A stretch of 64,000 nucleotides of DNA from Escherichia phage LHE287: sequence record PP761450.1. The stretch is one strand, 5' to 3'. The notes under the pieces are model-generated. The model worked only from the letters and a program-made list of their open reading frames with translations. It searched no databases and was not told the origin of the DNA. Shown piece after piece: positions 1 to 8,686 of this stretch. A program made the translations under genes and the position numbers. Position 1 is the first letter of the stretch. Every line of letters begins with the position of its first letter.

Positions 1-224
1 CAGCGTTTAAGGCTGGCGGCGAGTCCATTAACGTCGGTCACGGTCTGGTCAGCGAGGACGATTACAGGCATCGACACGCGCGGCTTACCCGTCAACTGCT
101 GAAGTTCTTCCAGCCGGTAATCTTTGTCCAGCTTGAGGATCTTGTGTTCCAGCCCTTTCATTTTGCACAGATTTTCGGCTGTTACACACTGAGCGCAACC
201 TTGTTTGGAATAGATTGTAATCAT
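1..224 (-). CDS. nrdC: glutaredoxin/thioredoxin-like redoxin, C-terminal end cut by window edge
   Basis: ATG at 224-222 preceded by AGGTGA; own translation MITIYSKQGCAQCVTAENLCK... carries a CxxC redox motif; lies immediately upstream of nrdB; partial, not in ORF track. Confidence 0.55.
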   Translation of the reverse strand, partial: MITIYSKQGCAQCVTAENLCKMKGLEHKILKLDKDYRLEELQQLTGKPRVSMPVIVLADQTVTDVNGLAASLKR

Positions 225-233
225 TTCTCACCT

Positions 234-1337
234 TTAAGCGAATTTGAGGCCATCGGATACCGAACCAGTCAGTACACCCATCAGATAATCAGGAGCTTCC
301 GCTTCCTGCAACGCGTACTGCATTGCCTTATTATCTAGCCAGTCATTAATCCATGGGACTGGGTTCTCCTTGCGAGGTTCACCGGGATATGGATGCCCGA
401 TAGCGCCCATCCGGTGGGTTGCCAGCCAGTCTACCATCTGATGAAGGATCTTGGCGTTCAGCCCCAGGATGGAACCGTCTTTGAATAGGTAGTTCGCCCA
501 CTCCTTCTCTTGATGAACTACGTCCAGGAACATCTGGGTCATCTCACCACGCAGTTCCTCACGGATGATTGCAAAGTCGGGGTCCATGCCAGGCAGGCGG
601 TTTAGCAGCGTCTGGGTCAGGATCAGGTGATCCTGCTCATCACGGGCGATCTGTCGAATGATTTTGGCATTGCCTTCCATCTTCTTCTGGAACTGTGTGA
701 ATGCCCAAGAGCATGCAAAGGACACGTAGAAGCGGATGCCTTCCAGTGTGTTGGCAGCAAACAGAGCACGCCAGAATGCGCGTTTGGCATTCATCAGATC
801 TTCTCGGGTGAAGATGCGTCCGGCCATACGCATGCCACTGTACTGTACCATGTCATCGTAGTACACACTGATCTGGTGAGCACAGTCCACGATCTCCACA
901 ACATCCAGTACGTGGTCAAACACGATACCTGGATCGTTCACAGTATTGCGCAAAATGTGGGTGTACGATAAAGAGTGAATGGCTTCCTGGCGCGTCCATT
1001 CAAGGACAGCAAACTGCATTTCAGGGGTAGACGCCCATGGACCAAACGCCTCGAACGGAGCCGCACCCTGGATAGAGTCCAGCATGGTCTGGCGCTTCAG
1101 GTTGCTGAAGTAGACATGTTTCTCTGCTTCGTTCAGGGTAGCAAAGTCGGCCTTGTCCTTGGTGATGTCCACCTCTTCAGGACGCCAGAACTGGCTGAGA
1201 CCTTTCTCATACCACTTCTGTACGAATGGCCAGGCCACGACATCGTAACGCTGGATGCTCACTGGGTCACCGAAGAACGGTAGACCAGTGTTGTCCGAGC
1301 TTGGGTCGAATACGGAGAATTGTTTCTGTTCGCTCAT
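234..1337 (-). CDS. nrdB: ribonucleotide reductase small (beta) subunit
   Basis: 367 aa; ferritin-like diiron RNR motifs (EAIHSLSYTHIL, EGIRFYVSFA); AGGAAA SD; adjacent to nrdA. Confidence 0.9.
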   Translation of the reverse strand: MSEQKQFSVFDPSSDNTGLPFFGDPVSIQRYDVVAWPFVQKWYEKGLSQFWRPEEVDITKDKADFATLNEAEKHVYFSNLKRQTMLDSIQGAAPFEAFGPWASTPEMQFAVLEWTRQEAIHSLSYTHILRNTVNDPGIVFDHVLDVVEIVDCAHQISVYYDDMVQYSGMRMAGRIFTREDLMNAKRAFWRALFAANTLEGIRFYVSFACSWAFTQFQKKMEGNAKIIRQIARDEQDHLILTQTLLNRLPGMDPDFAIIREELRGEMTQMFLDVVHQEKEWANYLFKDGSILGLNAKILHQMVDWLATHRMGAIGHPYPGEPRKENPVPWINDWLDNKAMQYALQEAEAPDYLMGVLTGSVSDGLKFA

Positions 1338-1407
1338 GTTTCTTTCCTGATTAATAAGGGGTGATCTCTCACCCCTGATGATATAACGGTAGTAGGTTTA
1401 GACCAAC

Positions 1408-3690
1408 TCAGACGATACAACTCTCACAATCAGGTTCCTCAGCCTGTTTCAGCTCTTCGTCTTCCTTGGCGTCTTTGTTTGTGTTGTAATACAGAGTCTT
1501 GCCACCCCACATATAGAACGACAGGATATCCTGCATCATCTTGGCGCGAGGGATCTTGCTGTCAGGGTACTTCTCTGGGTCATACCACGTGTTGGTACTG
1601 ATGGACTGGTCAACCCAGCGCTGGATGACAGCAGCGGTCTTCAGGTACTCAATACAGTCCAGGTCCCACTTGAGGTCATACATCGGCCCAAGGGTCTCAA
1701 CTTCCGGGACGACCTGCTTATAAGTGCCGTCCTTGCTACCCTTGATGCTCACCAAGCCCTTCGGTGGCTCAATGCCGTTCGTTGCGTTGAGGACCTGTGA
1801 GGAGCTTTCGGTAGGGGCTACTGCCAGCAGGGTGGCGTTGCGGATACCATAGGTCTTCAGATTATCCTTCAACTCATCCCAATCCAGCCCATATGCCATC
1901 CCTTCTGGCTTCTTGCCATTTGGTAGGATATCAAGTGGAAGCGGCTGAAGGTCGGCGGTGACCTGCCCATTATTGTGGATGGTTCCGCGTTTACACGCCC
2001 CGAACTTCATAGCCAGACGGTTGGACGCCTTGACCAGATAGAAGTGCAGGTGTGCCATCCACGCATCCAGCATTTCAAGACCAGCTGGTGAGCCATAGCC
2101 CGTGAAGTTCTTGGCCAGGAAGTGAGCCACGTTCACGATACCAACACCCAGAGGACGATAGTCTTCAACAGCTTTACGAGCCTGAATCGCTGGATAGTCC
2201 TGATATTCCAACAGCATGTCCAGCGCAGACACCAACACGAACGCCACGTCTTCCATTTCGGTCGGGTCTTCGAATGCTGTCAGGTTGAAGGAAGCCAGGG
2301 TGCACAGAGCCACGCGCCCGTTTTCATCGTTGTACTGCTCAAACTCACGGGTCGGCAGGGCGATTTCTAAACAAAGATTTGAAGAATAAATCGTGTCTAG
2401 GTTGAATGGACTGTATTCATTCATGTGATCGACAAATGCGATGTAGATGCGGCCTGTGTCCGAACGCTGGTCTAACAGCATCTGGAACACCTCTTCTGCC
2501 TGCAACTTCTTAGCACGAACCAAACCGGCATCGGCGGCCTTGATCATGTTCTCATACAGATTACGGAACTTGTCAACGTCAGCGAAGTATGCTTCATACA
2601 TTTCGCGGTTGTCTTTCGGGTCGAACAGATACAGAGGCTGCTTGGCAACAAGGCGCTCAAACATCACGCGGTTGATCTGAATGCCATAGTCGATACGGCG
2701 TTCGCGGTTTTCTTCAGTACCACGGTTGTTCTTCAGAACAACGACGTCATCGAACTGGTAATGCCACAGAGGGATGTACGCTGTTGCTGCACCACCACGA
2801 ATGCCGCCCTGAGAGCAAGATTTGAGTGCCCCAGTGAGATACTTGATGAATGGGATCAGGCCTGTGTGAACCATCTCTCCGCCGCGAATAGGACTACCAA
2901 TCCCACGGATTGCCCCGACATCGAAGCCGATACCCGCACGTTTGGACACATAGTCAACGATGGTCTTGGCTGTTGCGTTGATAGAGTTCAGGGTGTCATC
3001 AGTCTTGATTAACACACAGGAACTGAACTGACGGGTAGGAGTACGAACACCTGCCATAATCGGGGTGGGAAGACTGAACTTGCCTGTGCTGGCATATTCA
3101 TAGAACTTTTTCACCATCTCCAGGCGGCTGTCTTTGTCCCAGTTAGAGAACAACGCCATGGCGATGCCCATGTACATGACCTGAGGGGTTTCGTAGAAGA
3201 TCTTGCTGTCTTTCTTGGAACGGTCGCACAACAGGTACTTCTCAGTCAGCTGACCCATGGCCGCCCACGTGAAGTTCTTATCGCGTTTGTGATTGATGAC
3301 ATCGTTCAGCTCGTTGAACTCTTCGGTCGTGTAGAGATCAAGGAACTCACGATCATACACGCGCTGTTTGATGTTCTTGACGAAGATGTCCAGCAGGTGA
3401 GGCGGCTTGTACTGACCGTAGACAGCCTTGCGCAGATCATACGACTTCAGACGAGCAGCCACATACTGGTAATTGGGTTTGTCTACAGAGATCAGCGAAG
3501 CCGCAGCCTGGATGAGGATATCCTGAATGCGATCTGTTCTCATGTTGTCGGTGAACTGAATCTTAGATGCAGCGATCACCTCTGACATTGACACACCAGA
3601 CAGGCCATCACATGCGCGGTCTACGACTGCGTGTAGTTTCTCAATATCAAATGGGACAGAAGATCCGTCACGTTTTATAACGTTAATCAT
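1408..3690 (-). CDS. nrdA: class Ia ribonucleotide reductase large (alpha) subunit
   Basis: 760 aa; ATP-cone N-terminus (VIKRDGSSVPFD), active-site NxCxE (SNLCLEIALP), C-terminal CESC redox tail. Confidence 0.9.
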   Translation of the reverse strand: MINVIKRDGSSVPFDIEKLHAVVDRACDGLSGVSMSEVIAASKIQFTDNMRTDRIQDILIQAAASLISVDKPNYQYVAARLKSYDLRKAVYGQYKPPHLLDIFVKNIKQRVYDREFLDLYTTEEFNELNDVINHKRDKNFTWAAMGQLTEKYLLCDRSKKDSKIFYETPQVMYMGIAMALFSNWDKDSRLEMVKKFYEYASTGKFSLPTPIMAGVRTPTRQFSSCVLIKTDDTLNSINATAKTIVDYVSKRAGIGFDVGAIRGIGSPIRGGEMVHTGLIPFIKYLTGALKSCSQGGIRGGAATAYIPLWHYQFDDVVVLKNNRGTEENRERRIDYGIQINRVMFERLVAKQPLYLFDPKDNREMYEAYFADVDKFRNLYENMIKAADAGLVRAKKLQAEEVFQMLLDQRSDTGRIYIAFVDHMNEYSPFNLDTIYSSNLCLEIALPTREFEQYNDENGRVALCTLASFNLTAFEDPTEMEDVAFVLVSALDMLLEYQDYPAIQARKAVEDYRPLGVGIVNVAHFLAKNFTGYGSPAGLEMLDAWMAHLHFYLVKASNRLAMKFGACKRGTIHNNGQVTADLQPLPLDILPNGKKPEGMAYGLDWDELKDNLKTYGIRNATLLAVAPTESSSQVLNATNGIEPPKGLVSIKGSKDGTYKQVVPEVETLGPMYDLKWDLDCIEYLKTAAVIQRWVDQSISTNTWYDPEKYPDSKIPRAKMMQDILSFYMWGGKTLYYNTNKDAKEDEELKQAEEPDCESCIV

Positions 3691-3773
3691 GGTGTTCCTC
3701 GGGTTTGTTTACGCAGGTTTTATTATACGCCGCCCTCGTAGATTGAAGGCGGCAGGGAGGGTTGGTGAGTTAC

Positions 3774-4616
3774 TTAAATGTCGTACAGATCGTTGACTTC
3801 CAGCATCAGGCGGGTGAAGTCGCCGCGCCCGTTGCGGTCAGACTTGTCGAACTCGATGATACTGAACGGCTGAACCCATTCAGGGTACTCATCACCGACG
3901 CCAACACCATCGATCTTCAGGGTTCCGGCCTCCAGCTTGGCGTTGAAGTCGCGGAAGGAACTGACGTACTTTTCAAGGGCGCTGTCGCGCAGGCGCTTGT
4001 TGGACTGTTTGATGTCACCGTTGACAAAGATGTAAGTCGAGTCAGATGCGCGGGTCAGTAGGTTCTTCAGCTGCTCCATATCACATTCCTGCGCTTCTTC
4101 AATGATCAGGAAGGTGTCGTCGAAGGTCATCCCCTTGATGGTCTCCAGATCCTGGATCTCAATAATCCGCTTCTCCCACAGATAGTTGAAGAAACCGTCG
4201 CTACCTGTGTCAGTCTTCAGCACCTTCTTCAGCGTCTGAATCAGGGGCATCAGATATGGCATCAGTTTTTCGTATGTGTCGCCAGGGCGGAAGCCTGCAG
4301 TCTGGCCTGTTGGCAGCGGAGAGCGCGTGATGACGATCTTGCTGACCACTTTATCGATCAGGAGCTTGGCGGCGGCTGAGGCACCACAATACGATTTACC
4401 TGTGCCTGCCGGACCGATTGCGATGGTGAGGTTTTCTTCAAGAGCAGATTGATACGCGAGGTTCTGATTTTCTGAGAGGCCATTGAACGGAGCGATTCTG
4501 AAGTCACCTTTAGAGAACTTCATCCAGTCATCTTCTTTCTGGATTGTCTCTTTCTTACGTGCTGACTTGGTCTTGCCCGCTGGCTTCTTACTTACAACTT
4601 TGGTGGCAGATTGCAT
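3774..4616 (-). CDS. phoH: PhoH-like ATPase
   Basis: 280 aa; Walker A AIGPAGTGKSY; GGAAGG SD. Confidence 0.8.
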   Translation of the reverse strand: MQSATKVVSKKPAGKTKSARKKETIQKEDDWMKFSKGDFRIAPFNGLSENQNLAYQSALEENLTIAIGPAGTGKSYCGASAAAKLLIDKVVSKIVITRSPLPTGQTAGFRPGDTYEKLMPYLMPLIQTLKKVLKTDTGSDGFFNYLWEKRIIEIQDLETIKGMTFDDTFLIIEEAQECDMEQLKNLLTRASDSTYIFVNGDIKQSNKRLRDSALEKYVSSFRDFNAKLEAGTLKIDGVGVGDEYPEWVQPFSIIEFDKSDRNGRGDFTRLMLEVNDLYDI

Positions 4617-4687
4617 GGGAACCTTCCTATATCTCAGGGTGTCATCACCTCTAATTAAGGTGACAACCCCAGCATACCTGAGGATTG

Positions 4688-4713
4688 GATAAAGAAAAGG
4701 CCGTTTCCGGCCT
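4688..4713 (-). terminator. rho-independent terminator after endolysin gene
   Basis: hairpin AGGCCG-TTTC-CGGCCT followed on minus strand by TTTCTTTATC. Confidence 0.65.
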
Positions 4714-4718
4714 TTGAG

Positions 4719-5513
4719 TTAACTGAAACTCTTGTATGCTGCTGCGAGCTTCTTGTCGTACTGGTTCTTGGCATACGCCGGACCATTATAGCGCCGTGCA
4801 AATTCAGACCAGTTCTTGTCCTTCAGAGCCTGCCAGAGCTTGGCGTCAGCCTTGATGAACTTCACGAATGCCATCAAATGAGCACGTTCTCCTGTCAGGA
4901 AGTCGTTGAACATCTCCTTGGCGTTGGCATATCCACAGACCTGGCAGTTGAATCCCATGATCTGGAAGAGACCGTAAGAGGCGCTCTCGTACGCACAATC
5001 CTCATCGATGTTGATGGCCGCATGAAGTCGATCCAACTCCGCGTCGCCTCCCGTGTACCCGCCTGCGGAAGGACTGACCAACGTCGGGTACATATGTCCC
5101 ATGGCATTCGCCCGAGCCTGTCCGAACTTCGCCATCAGCTTCTTATACATGATGTGGCGCTCAAATAATGTCTTGATCTTACCTGACTTGGTGAAGCCCG
5201 TACCGCGCGACTCAACCTGATTCACCGCCTTGACAGAGGCAAGGTCAACACCCAGATCATTAGCAGCATCAATCAGGTCTGACTCAGTTAGATGATCCTG
5301 ATGGGCGTCTCCGGCGTTGCGAATAGCATAGGAGGTCTTTGGACCTACGATACCATCAATGACAAGCCCCGCACCCGCCTGAACAGTCTTGACGGCGTTC
5401 TCTGTTGCCTTGCCAAAGATACCATCAGCGACGAGGGTGAAGCCGATTTTGTTGAGGCTATTCTGAAGTGCCTTCACTTCAGTGCCACGGTTGCCAAGTT
5501 TTAGAATGGCCAT
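4719..5513 (-). CDS. endolysin: peptidoglycan-binding repeats plus muramidase-like C-terminal domain
   Basis: start refined to ATG 5513 (GGAGG SD; track start 5531 is TTG); two PG-binding-like repeats then YGLFQIMGFN...NWSEFARRYNGP region. Confidence 0.7.
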   Translation of the reverse strand: MAILKLGNRGTEVKALQNSLNKIGFTLVADGIFGKATENAVKTVQAGAGLVIDGIVGPKTSYAIRNAGDAHQDHLTESDLIDAANDLGVDLASVKAVNQVESRGTGFTKSGKIKTLFERHIMYKKLMAKFGQARANAMGHMYPTLVSPSAGGYTGGDAELDRLHAAINIDEDCAYESASYGLFQIMGFNCQVCGYANAKEMFNDFLTGERAHLMAFVKFIKADAKLWQALKDKNWSEFARRYNGPAYAKNQYDKKLAAAYKSFS

Positions 5514-5661
5514 AAGAAAATACCTCCACAATGAATGCAGAGGTATTTAAAGTGAAAGTGAACTACTCGAGGAGCTGGGGGAAGACTTTGTTCGAATGTG
5601 TCGGCAACCCAGAGAGTGCCAAAGAGGATTGAATGACTGCGATCTCCTCCCAAGACCTGAT

Positions 5662-5680
5662 AGGGGGAGTTGCCTCCCCT
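5662..5680. other. hairpin sharing sequence with the prs-nampt terminator
   Basis: AGGGGGAG-TTGC-CTCCCCT. Confidence 0.4.
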
Positions 5681-5696
5681 ATGTTACACGTCTGGA

Positions 5697-6185
5697 TTAG
5701 GCCAGTTTGCTCACCAGAGCTTCAACTGCGTCGGCGCTCAGTTTACCCATTTTGACGTACTGAGCTTTTGCTTCGCCACCAACAGCTTTCACGATGTCGG
5801 TGTTGTCATACCCCTTCTTAGGGAAGACCATCACAGAGAAGGAACCGTTGTTCAGCGGGTTCAGCTGGATGCGACCTTTACCGACTACGATGGTGCCGTA
5901 AGTTTCGGTGTTGGCTTCGACAATGTGGATGTCGTGACCCAGGTTTTTCAGCATACCAACTTTGTCGGCAGTCTTAGCAACCACAGCTTTGTCAACCACA
6001 ACCTGCTCTACCAGGGTGAAGCCGTTTGTCGATTTCACTTTACCGTTCAGCAGGTTCATGAAGGAAGTTTTACCACCAGTGAATCCAGCTGCCTGAGCGA
6101 TGCGGAACATTTCAACTTTAGCAACTTCGGTGTTCAGTTCGAAAGAGATGGTGCCGTTGGTGATCAGAGTTTTGGTAGTAGCCAT
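5697..6185 (-). CDS. hypothetical protein (162 aa)
   Basis: ATG 6185 with GAGGA SD (track start is GTG 6221); downstream of an early-type promoter; no recognisable motif. Confidence 0.55.
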   Translation of the reverse strand: MATTKTLITNGTISFELNTEVAKVEMFRIAQAAGFTGGKTSFMNLLNGKVKSTNGFTLVEQVVVDKAVVAKTADKVGMLKNLGHDIHIVEANTETYGTIVVGKGRIQLNPLNNGSFSVMVFPKKGYDNTDIVKAVGGEAKAQYVKMGKLSADAVEALVSKLA

Positions 6186-6258
6186 GATGTAATTCCTCAT
6201 AATGTAGTTGGTGCGTTTCACTTTTCATTCGGCGGTGTGTTGTCGCCCTATGTGAACT

Positions 6259-6288
6259 ATAATAGTGCATCATTATTGAAGAGTAAAG
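6259..6288 (-). promoter_or_regulatory. early-type promoter (-35 CTTTAC, 18 bp, -10 TATTAT) upstream of 5697..6185
   Basis: minus strand reads CTTTACtcttcaataatgatgcacTATTAT; same architecture as repeated cassettes. Confidence 0.5.
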
Positions 6289-6296
6289 TCTTTTTC

Positions 6297-6316
6297 AATA
6301 ATTTTTAAAAATTATT
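6297..6316. repeat. perfect 20-bp A/T palindrome
   Basis: AATAATTTTTAAAAATTATT equals its own reverse complement; between terminator and early promoter. Confidence 0.85.
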
Positions 6317-6319
6317 TTT

Positions 6320-6353
6320 GAAGTATTTTAAAAGGCCTCGTCGAATGAGGCCT
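6320..6353 (-). terminator. rho-independent terminator
   Basis: hairpin AGGCCTC-GTCGAAT-GAGGCCT followed on minus strand by TTTTAAAATAC. Confidence 0.6.
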
Positions 6354-6381
6354 GGAGGGAAGTAATGTGAAGTAAAAAGTT

Positions 6382-6588
6382 TTAGTTCGGGCGAAATCTT
6401 ACAAACTCGCGAGCCAATTCGGCCTGCTCATCACTGATGGGAACCCCATGGAAGTCCGCCTGACCATTCTTCCAGCCGTGGATGAAACTCAGAGACTCTT
6501 CCCCAGATAAGACATACCCCTCACGAGATTTCAAGTACCCCCGCACGATCTCTCCGTCGTCCAGTTTGTTCAGTTCTTCTAACGTCAT
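6382..6588 (-). CDS. hypothetical small protein (68 aa)
   Basis: ATG overlaps the primase stop (ATGA), suggesting translational coupling. Confidence 0.45.
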   Translation of the reverse strand: MTLEELNKLDDGEIVRGYLKSREGYVLSGEESLSFIHGWKNGQADFHGVPISDEQAELAREFVRFRPN

Positions 6589-7643
6589 CGCACTTTCCTC
6601 AGTTCAGCAAATTGTAATGATGCGGCCATACCTTGGTAAACGTTCTTGGCGATTAGCTTCAGGAGGTCTTGTATGGACATGTTGCCCTTTGATGGCATAA
6701 CCATGTCGTTGATATCCTTCCAAGGAACGTCTGGTGGGAACAGTACAACCTTGACACCTTTATCTATCATCTTCTGAATACCGTCACACACCTGCGGGTT
6801 CCGGTACTGATTATCAGGGATATAAATGTCACCCTTCACGCTCAGTAGATCAGCGTCGGCCGATGCAAGACAGTTGGGTAGGAACAGGCTGTCAATCGGA
6901 CCTTCCACAACCAGCTTGGTCTTGTGAATGTTCACCCGGTCTTCACCATACACCTTAGTGTCTTCATCCTTGGGCTTGACTGTTGCGTAGCGCAGTGTCG
7001 CATTCTTGTCGAATGCACGCCCCTGAACGATCTTCATGCGACCATCCTGAGTCCAGAACGGAATCACCAGGCGCTCGTCATCGGGGATTTTCAGCTGCTT
7101 CTCAGGGTTCGTTTCGAACTGGAGTAGATCCTGGCGGAAGTGCTGTGTGTAATACAGGAGGGACAAAGTGCTCTCCGGCAGTCCACGCCACTGTACGTAC
7201 TGTCGAGCCTTATGGTCAGGCGGTAGCAGATCAAGCCGTAGCATATTGCCGAGGAGGCTCTCGTCGCGTTTCGCCGCCACCGAGCCAATACGGGCGGTCT
7301 GTGTCAGCTTTGGTAACGGCTTCAGGGAAGGAAGTGGTCTGCCCGACGTATCACCCAGCAGACGGAACTTCTCCATGTTGTATTCTGTTGAGAGGCGCTC
7401 ATCGAACTTCTTCAACCAGAACTCAAATGACCAGCCATTCATCTGGTTGCAGTTGTGGCACTTGAACCGGAAGCAGTCATGATCCCGATCATAGAAGAAG
7501 TATCCACGGCGCTTGTTAGCAGACTTCGTGGAGTCACCGCACAGAGGGCAACGGAAGTTCGCAACAGAACCCACGCGCTCCCACTTGAACTTGTCAAGGC
7601 GAGGTGACACGTTGTTGATAAATTGCTCGTCAAGAAATTTCAT
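6585..7643 (-). CDS. gp61: DNA primase (T4 gp61-like)
   Basis: zinc ribbon CPLCGDSTKSANKRRGYF...CHNCN resembles T4 gp61 N-terminus; TOPRIM-like VVEGPIDSL; start set to ATG 7643 (track start 7721 is TTG). Confidence 0.8.
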   Translation of the reverse strand: MKFLDEQFINNVSPRLDKFKWERVGSVANFRCPLCGDSTKSANKRRGYFFYDRDHDCFRFKCHNCNQMNGWSFEFWLKKFDERLSTEYNMEKFRLLGDTSGRPLPSLKPLPKLTQTARIGSVAAKRDESLLGNMLRLDLLPPDHKARQYVQWRGLPESTLSLLYYTQHFRQDLLQFETNPEKQLKIPDDERLVIPFWTQDGRMKIVQGRAFDKNATLRYATVKPKDEDTKVYGEDRVNIHKTKLVVEGPIDSLFLPNCLASADADLLSVKGDIYIPDNQYRNPQVCDGIQKMIDKGVKVVLFPPDVPWKDINDMVMPSKGNMSIQDLLKLIAKNVYQGMAASLQFAELRKVR

Positions 7644-7817
7644 TAGATCTTCTGCCTCTGGAACACTTCGGTCACAGTATAGTCTACACCACGACTTTGA
7701 GCTATACACAGTTGTTGCCAAGCCCTATACAAAATATTTGTTTACCAGCCGTGTAGTGTTCGAAGTGGGCGAAGCTGTCCAAGAGATTCATGTAGCTTTG
7801 TATGTGTCGGGGTAAAG

Positions 7818-7861
7818 ATTTTGCTCATTGTCCTTTCCTTTTGGTGAATAATGAGCAAAAT
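7818..7861. repeat. 12-bp inverted repeat with 20-nt spacer
   Basis: ATTTTGCTCATT ... AATGAGCAAAAT. Confidence 0.8.
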
Positions 7862-7885
7862 TATATGCCTTTATTTCGTATTGAC

Positions 7886-8239
7886 TTACGACAGCTGTTT
7901 CAGTTTGTAGATCGTCTGGTAACACAGCGTCTTGATTTCATCAAGAGTGTTCTGAAGGTGGGAGTCACACTGCTTGTAGATGCCATCGACGTCTATCACC
8001 ACACTGTTAATATAGGAGATAGGGTCTGGGTTGTACAATTTGATATTCTCGAATGATGGAACATACTGACCACCCGCACCGATGTATGCTTCGGTAAACG
8101 TGTCCAGCAAGTCCTCTAGATCCCCGTAGAACTCCCCGAGTGCCTTGTGCTTGGCATAGGATGTTGTAACGAAGTGTAAGGCATGAGAGTGGGCTATAGC
8201 AAGCAGTCCACGGTTGATGAAAATACTCGCATTGACCAT
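7886..8239 (-). CDS. hypothetical protein (117 aa)
   Basis: ATG 8239 with GAGGA SD; followed by 12-bp inverted repeat. Confidence 0.5.
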   Translation of the reverse strand: MVNASIFINRGLLAIAHSHALHFVTTSYAKHKALGEFYGDLEDLLDTFTEAYIGAGGQYVPSFENIKLYNPDPISYINSVVIDVDGIYKQCDSHLQNTLDEIKTLCYQTIYKLKQLS

Positions 8240-8250
8240 GATGTTGTCCT

Positions 8251-8285
8251 CAGAAAAAGAAATCCCCCTGTATTTAAGGGGGATT
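8251..8285 (-). terminator. rho-independent terminator after 8325..8630
   Basis: 9-bp stem AATCCCCCT/AGGGGGATT, then TCTTTTTCTG on minus strand. Confidence 0.7.
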
Positions 8286-8324
8286 GTAATCACTGCTTGA
8301 CAAGAACCATCTTGATGGTTTCAC

Positions 8325-8630
8325 TTAGTCTTTGTCGGCAGACTTGCCAAAGAAGAATTCGAAGCCGTCATGGACAGCAACGACTTCCTGACCTTGGGAG
8401 ATACCGTGAGTCTGATCCGGAGTCAGCTTCACCTTGATGGTGTTGCCGTTGGTTAACTCCAGGTTGTAGACATCCGCCTGATTGTCAGGAGTGATCTGGG
8501 TCACGGTAGCGCCGGAACACCACTGGGTGCCGTCAGCTTGCTTGGTGATGGATACGGTCTTACCCTGAACACCAGCATGGGTCTGGGGTTGAGCGGCTTG
8601 TTCTTTAAAATATTCGATAAACGGTTTCAT
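8325..8630 (-). CDS. hypothetical protein (101 aa), probable late gene
   Basis: GAGGAG SD; exact TATAAATA box 24 nt upstream; terminator hairpin downstream. Confidence 0.6.
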   Translation of the reverse strand: MKPFIEYFKEQAAQPQTHAGVQGKTVSITKQADGTQWCSGATVTQITPDNQADVYNLELTNGNTIKVKLTPDQTHGISQGQEVVAVHDGFEFFFGKSADKD

Positions 8631-8654
8631 CTTAATCTCCTCGGGGATTTAAGT

Positions 8655-8662
8655 TATTTATA
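8655..8662 (-). promoter_or_regulatory. T4-type late promoter box TATAAATA
   Basis: exact TATAAATA on minus strand 24 nt upstream of ATG 8630. Confidence 0.55.
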
Positions 8663-8678
8663 AGCCCCCGAAGGGGCT
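8663..8678 (-). terminator. hairpin after the 1124-aa gene (terminator-like)
   Basis: AGCCCC-CGAA-GGGGCT; abuts TATAAATA box. Confidence 0.4.
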
Positions 8679-8686
8679 TTTGATGA

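Noticed and set aside
3706-3725. GTTTAC and TATTAT on the plus strand upstream of nrdA
   Set aside because: Wrong strand for the minus-strand genes and only 8 bp apart.
6983-7482. Plus-strand ORFs of 100-160 aa overlapping the primase gene (for example 6983..7465 and 7168..7482)
   Set aside because: Antisense to a well-supported gene, R/S/L-rich, no SD; the same applies to most plus-strand track ORFs overlapping minus-strand genes.
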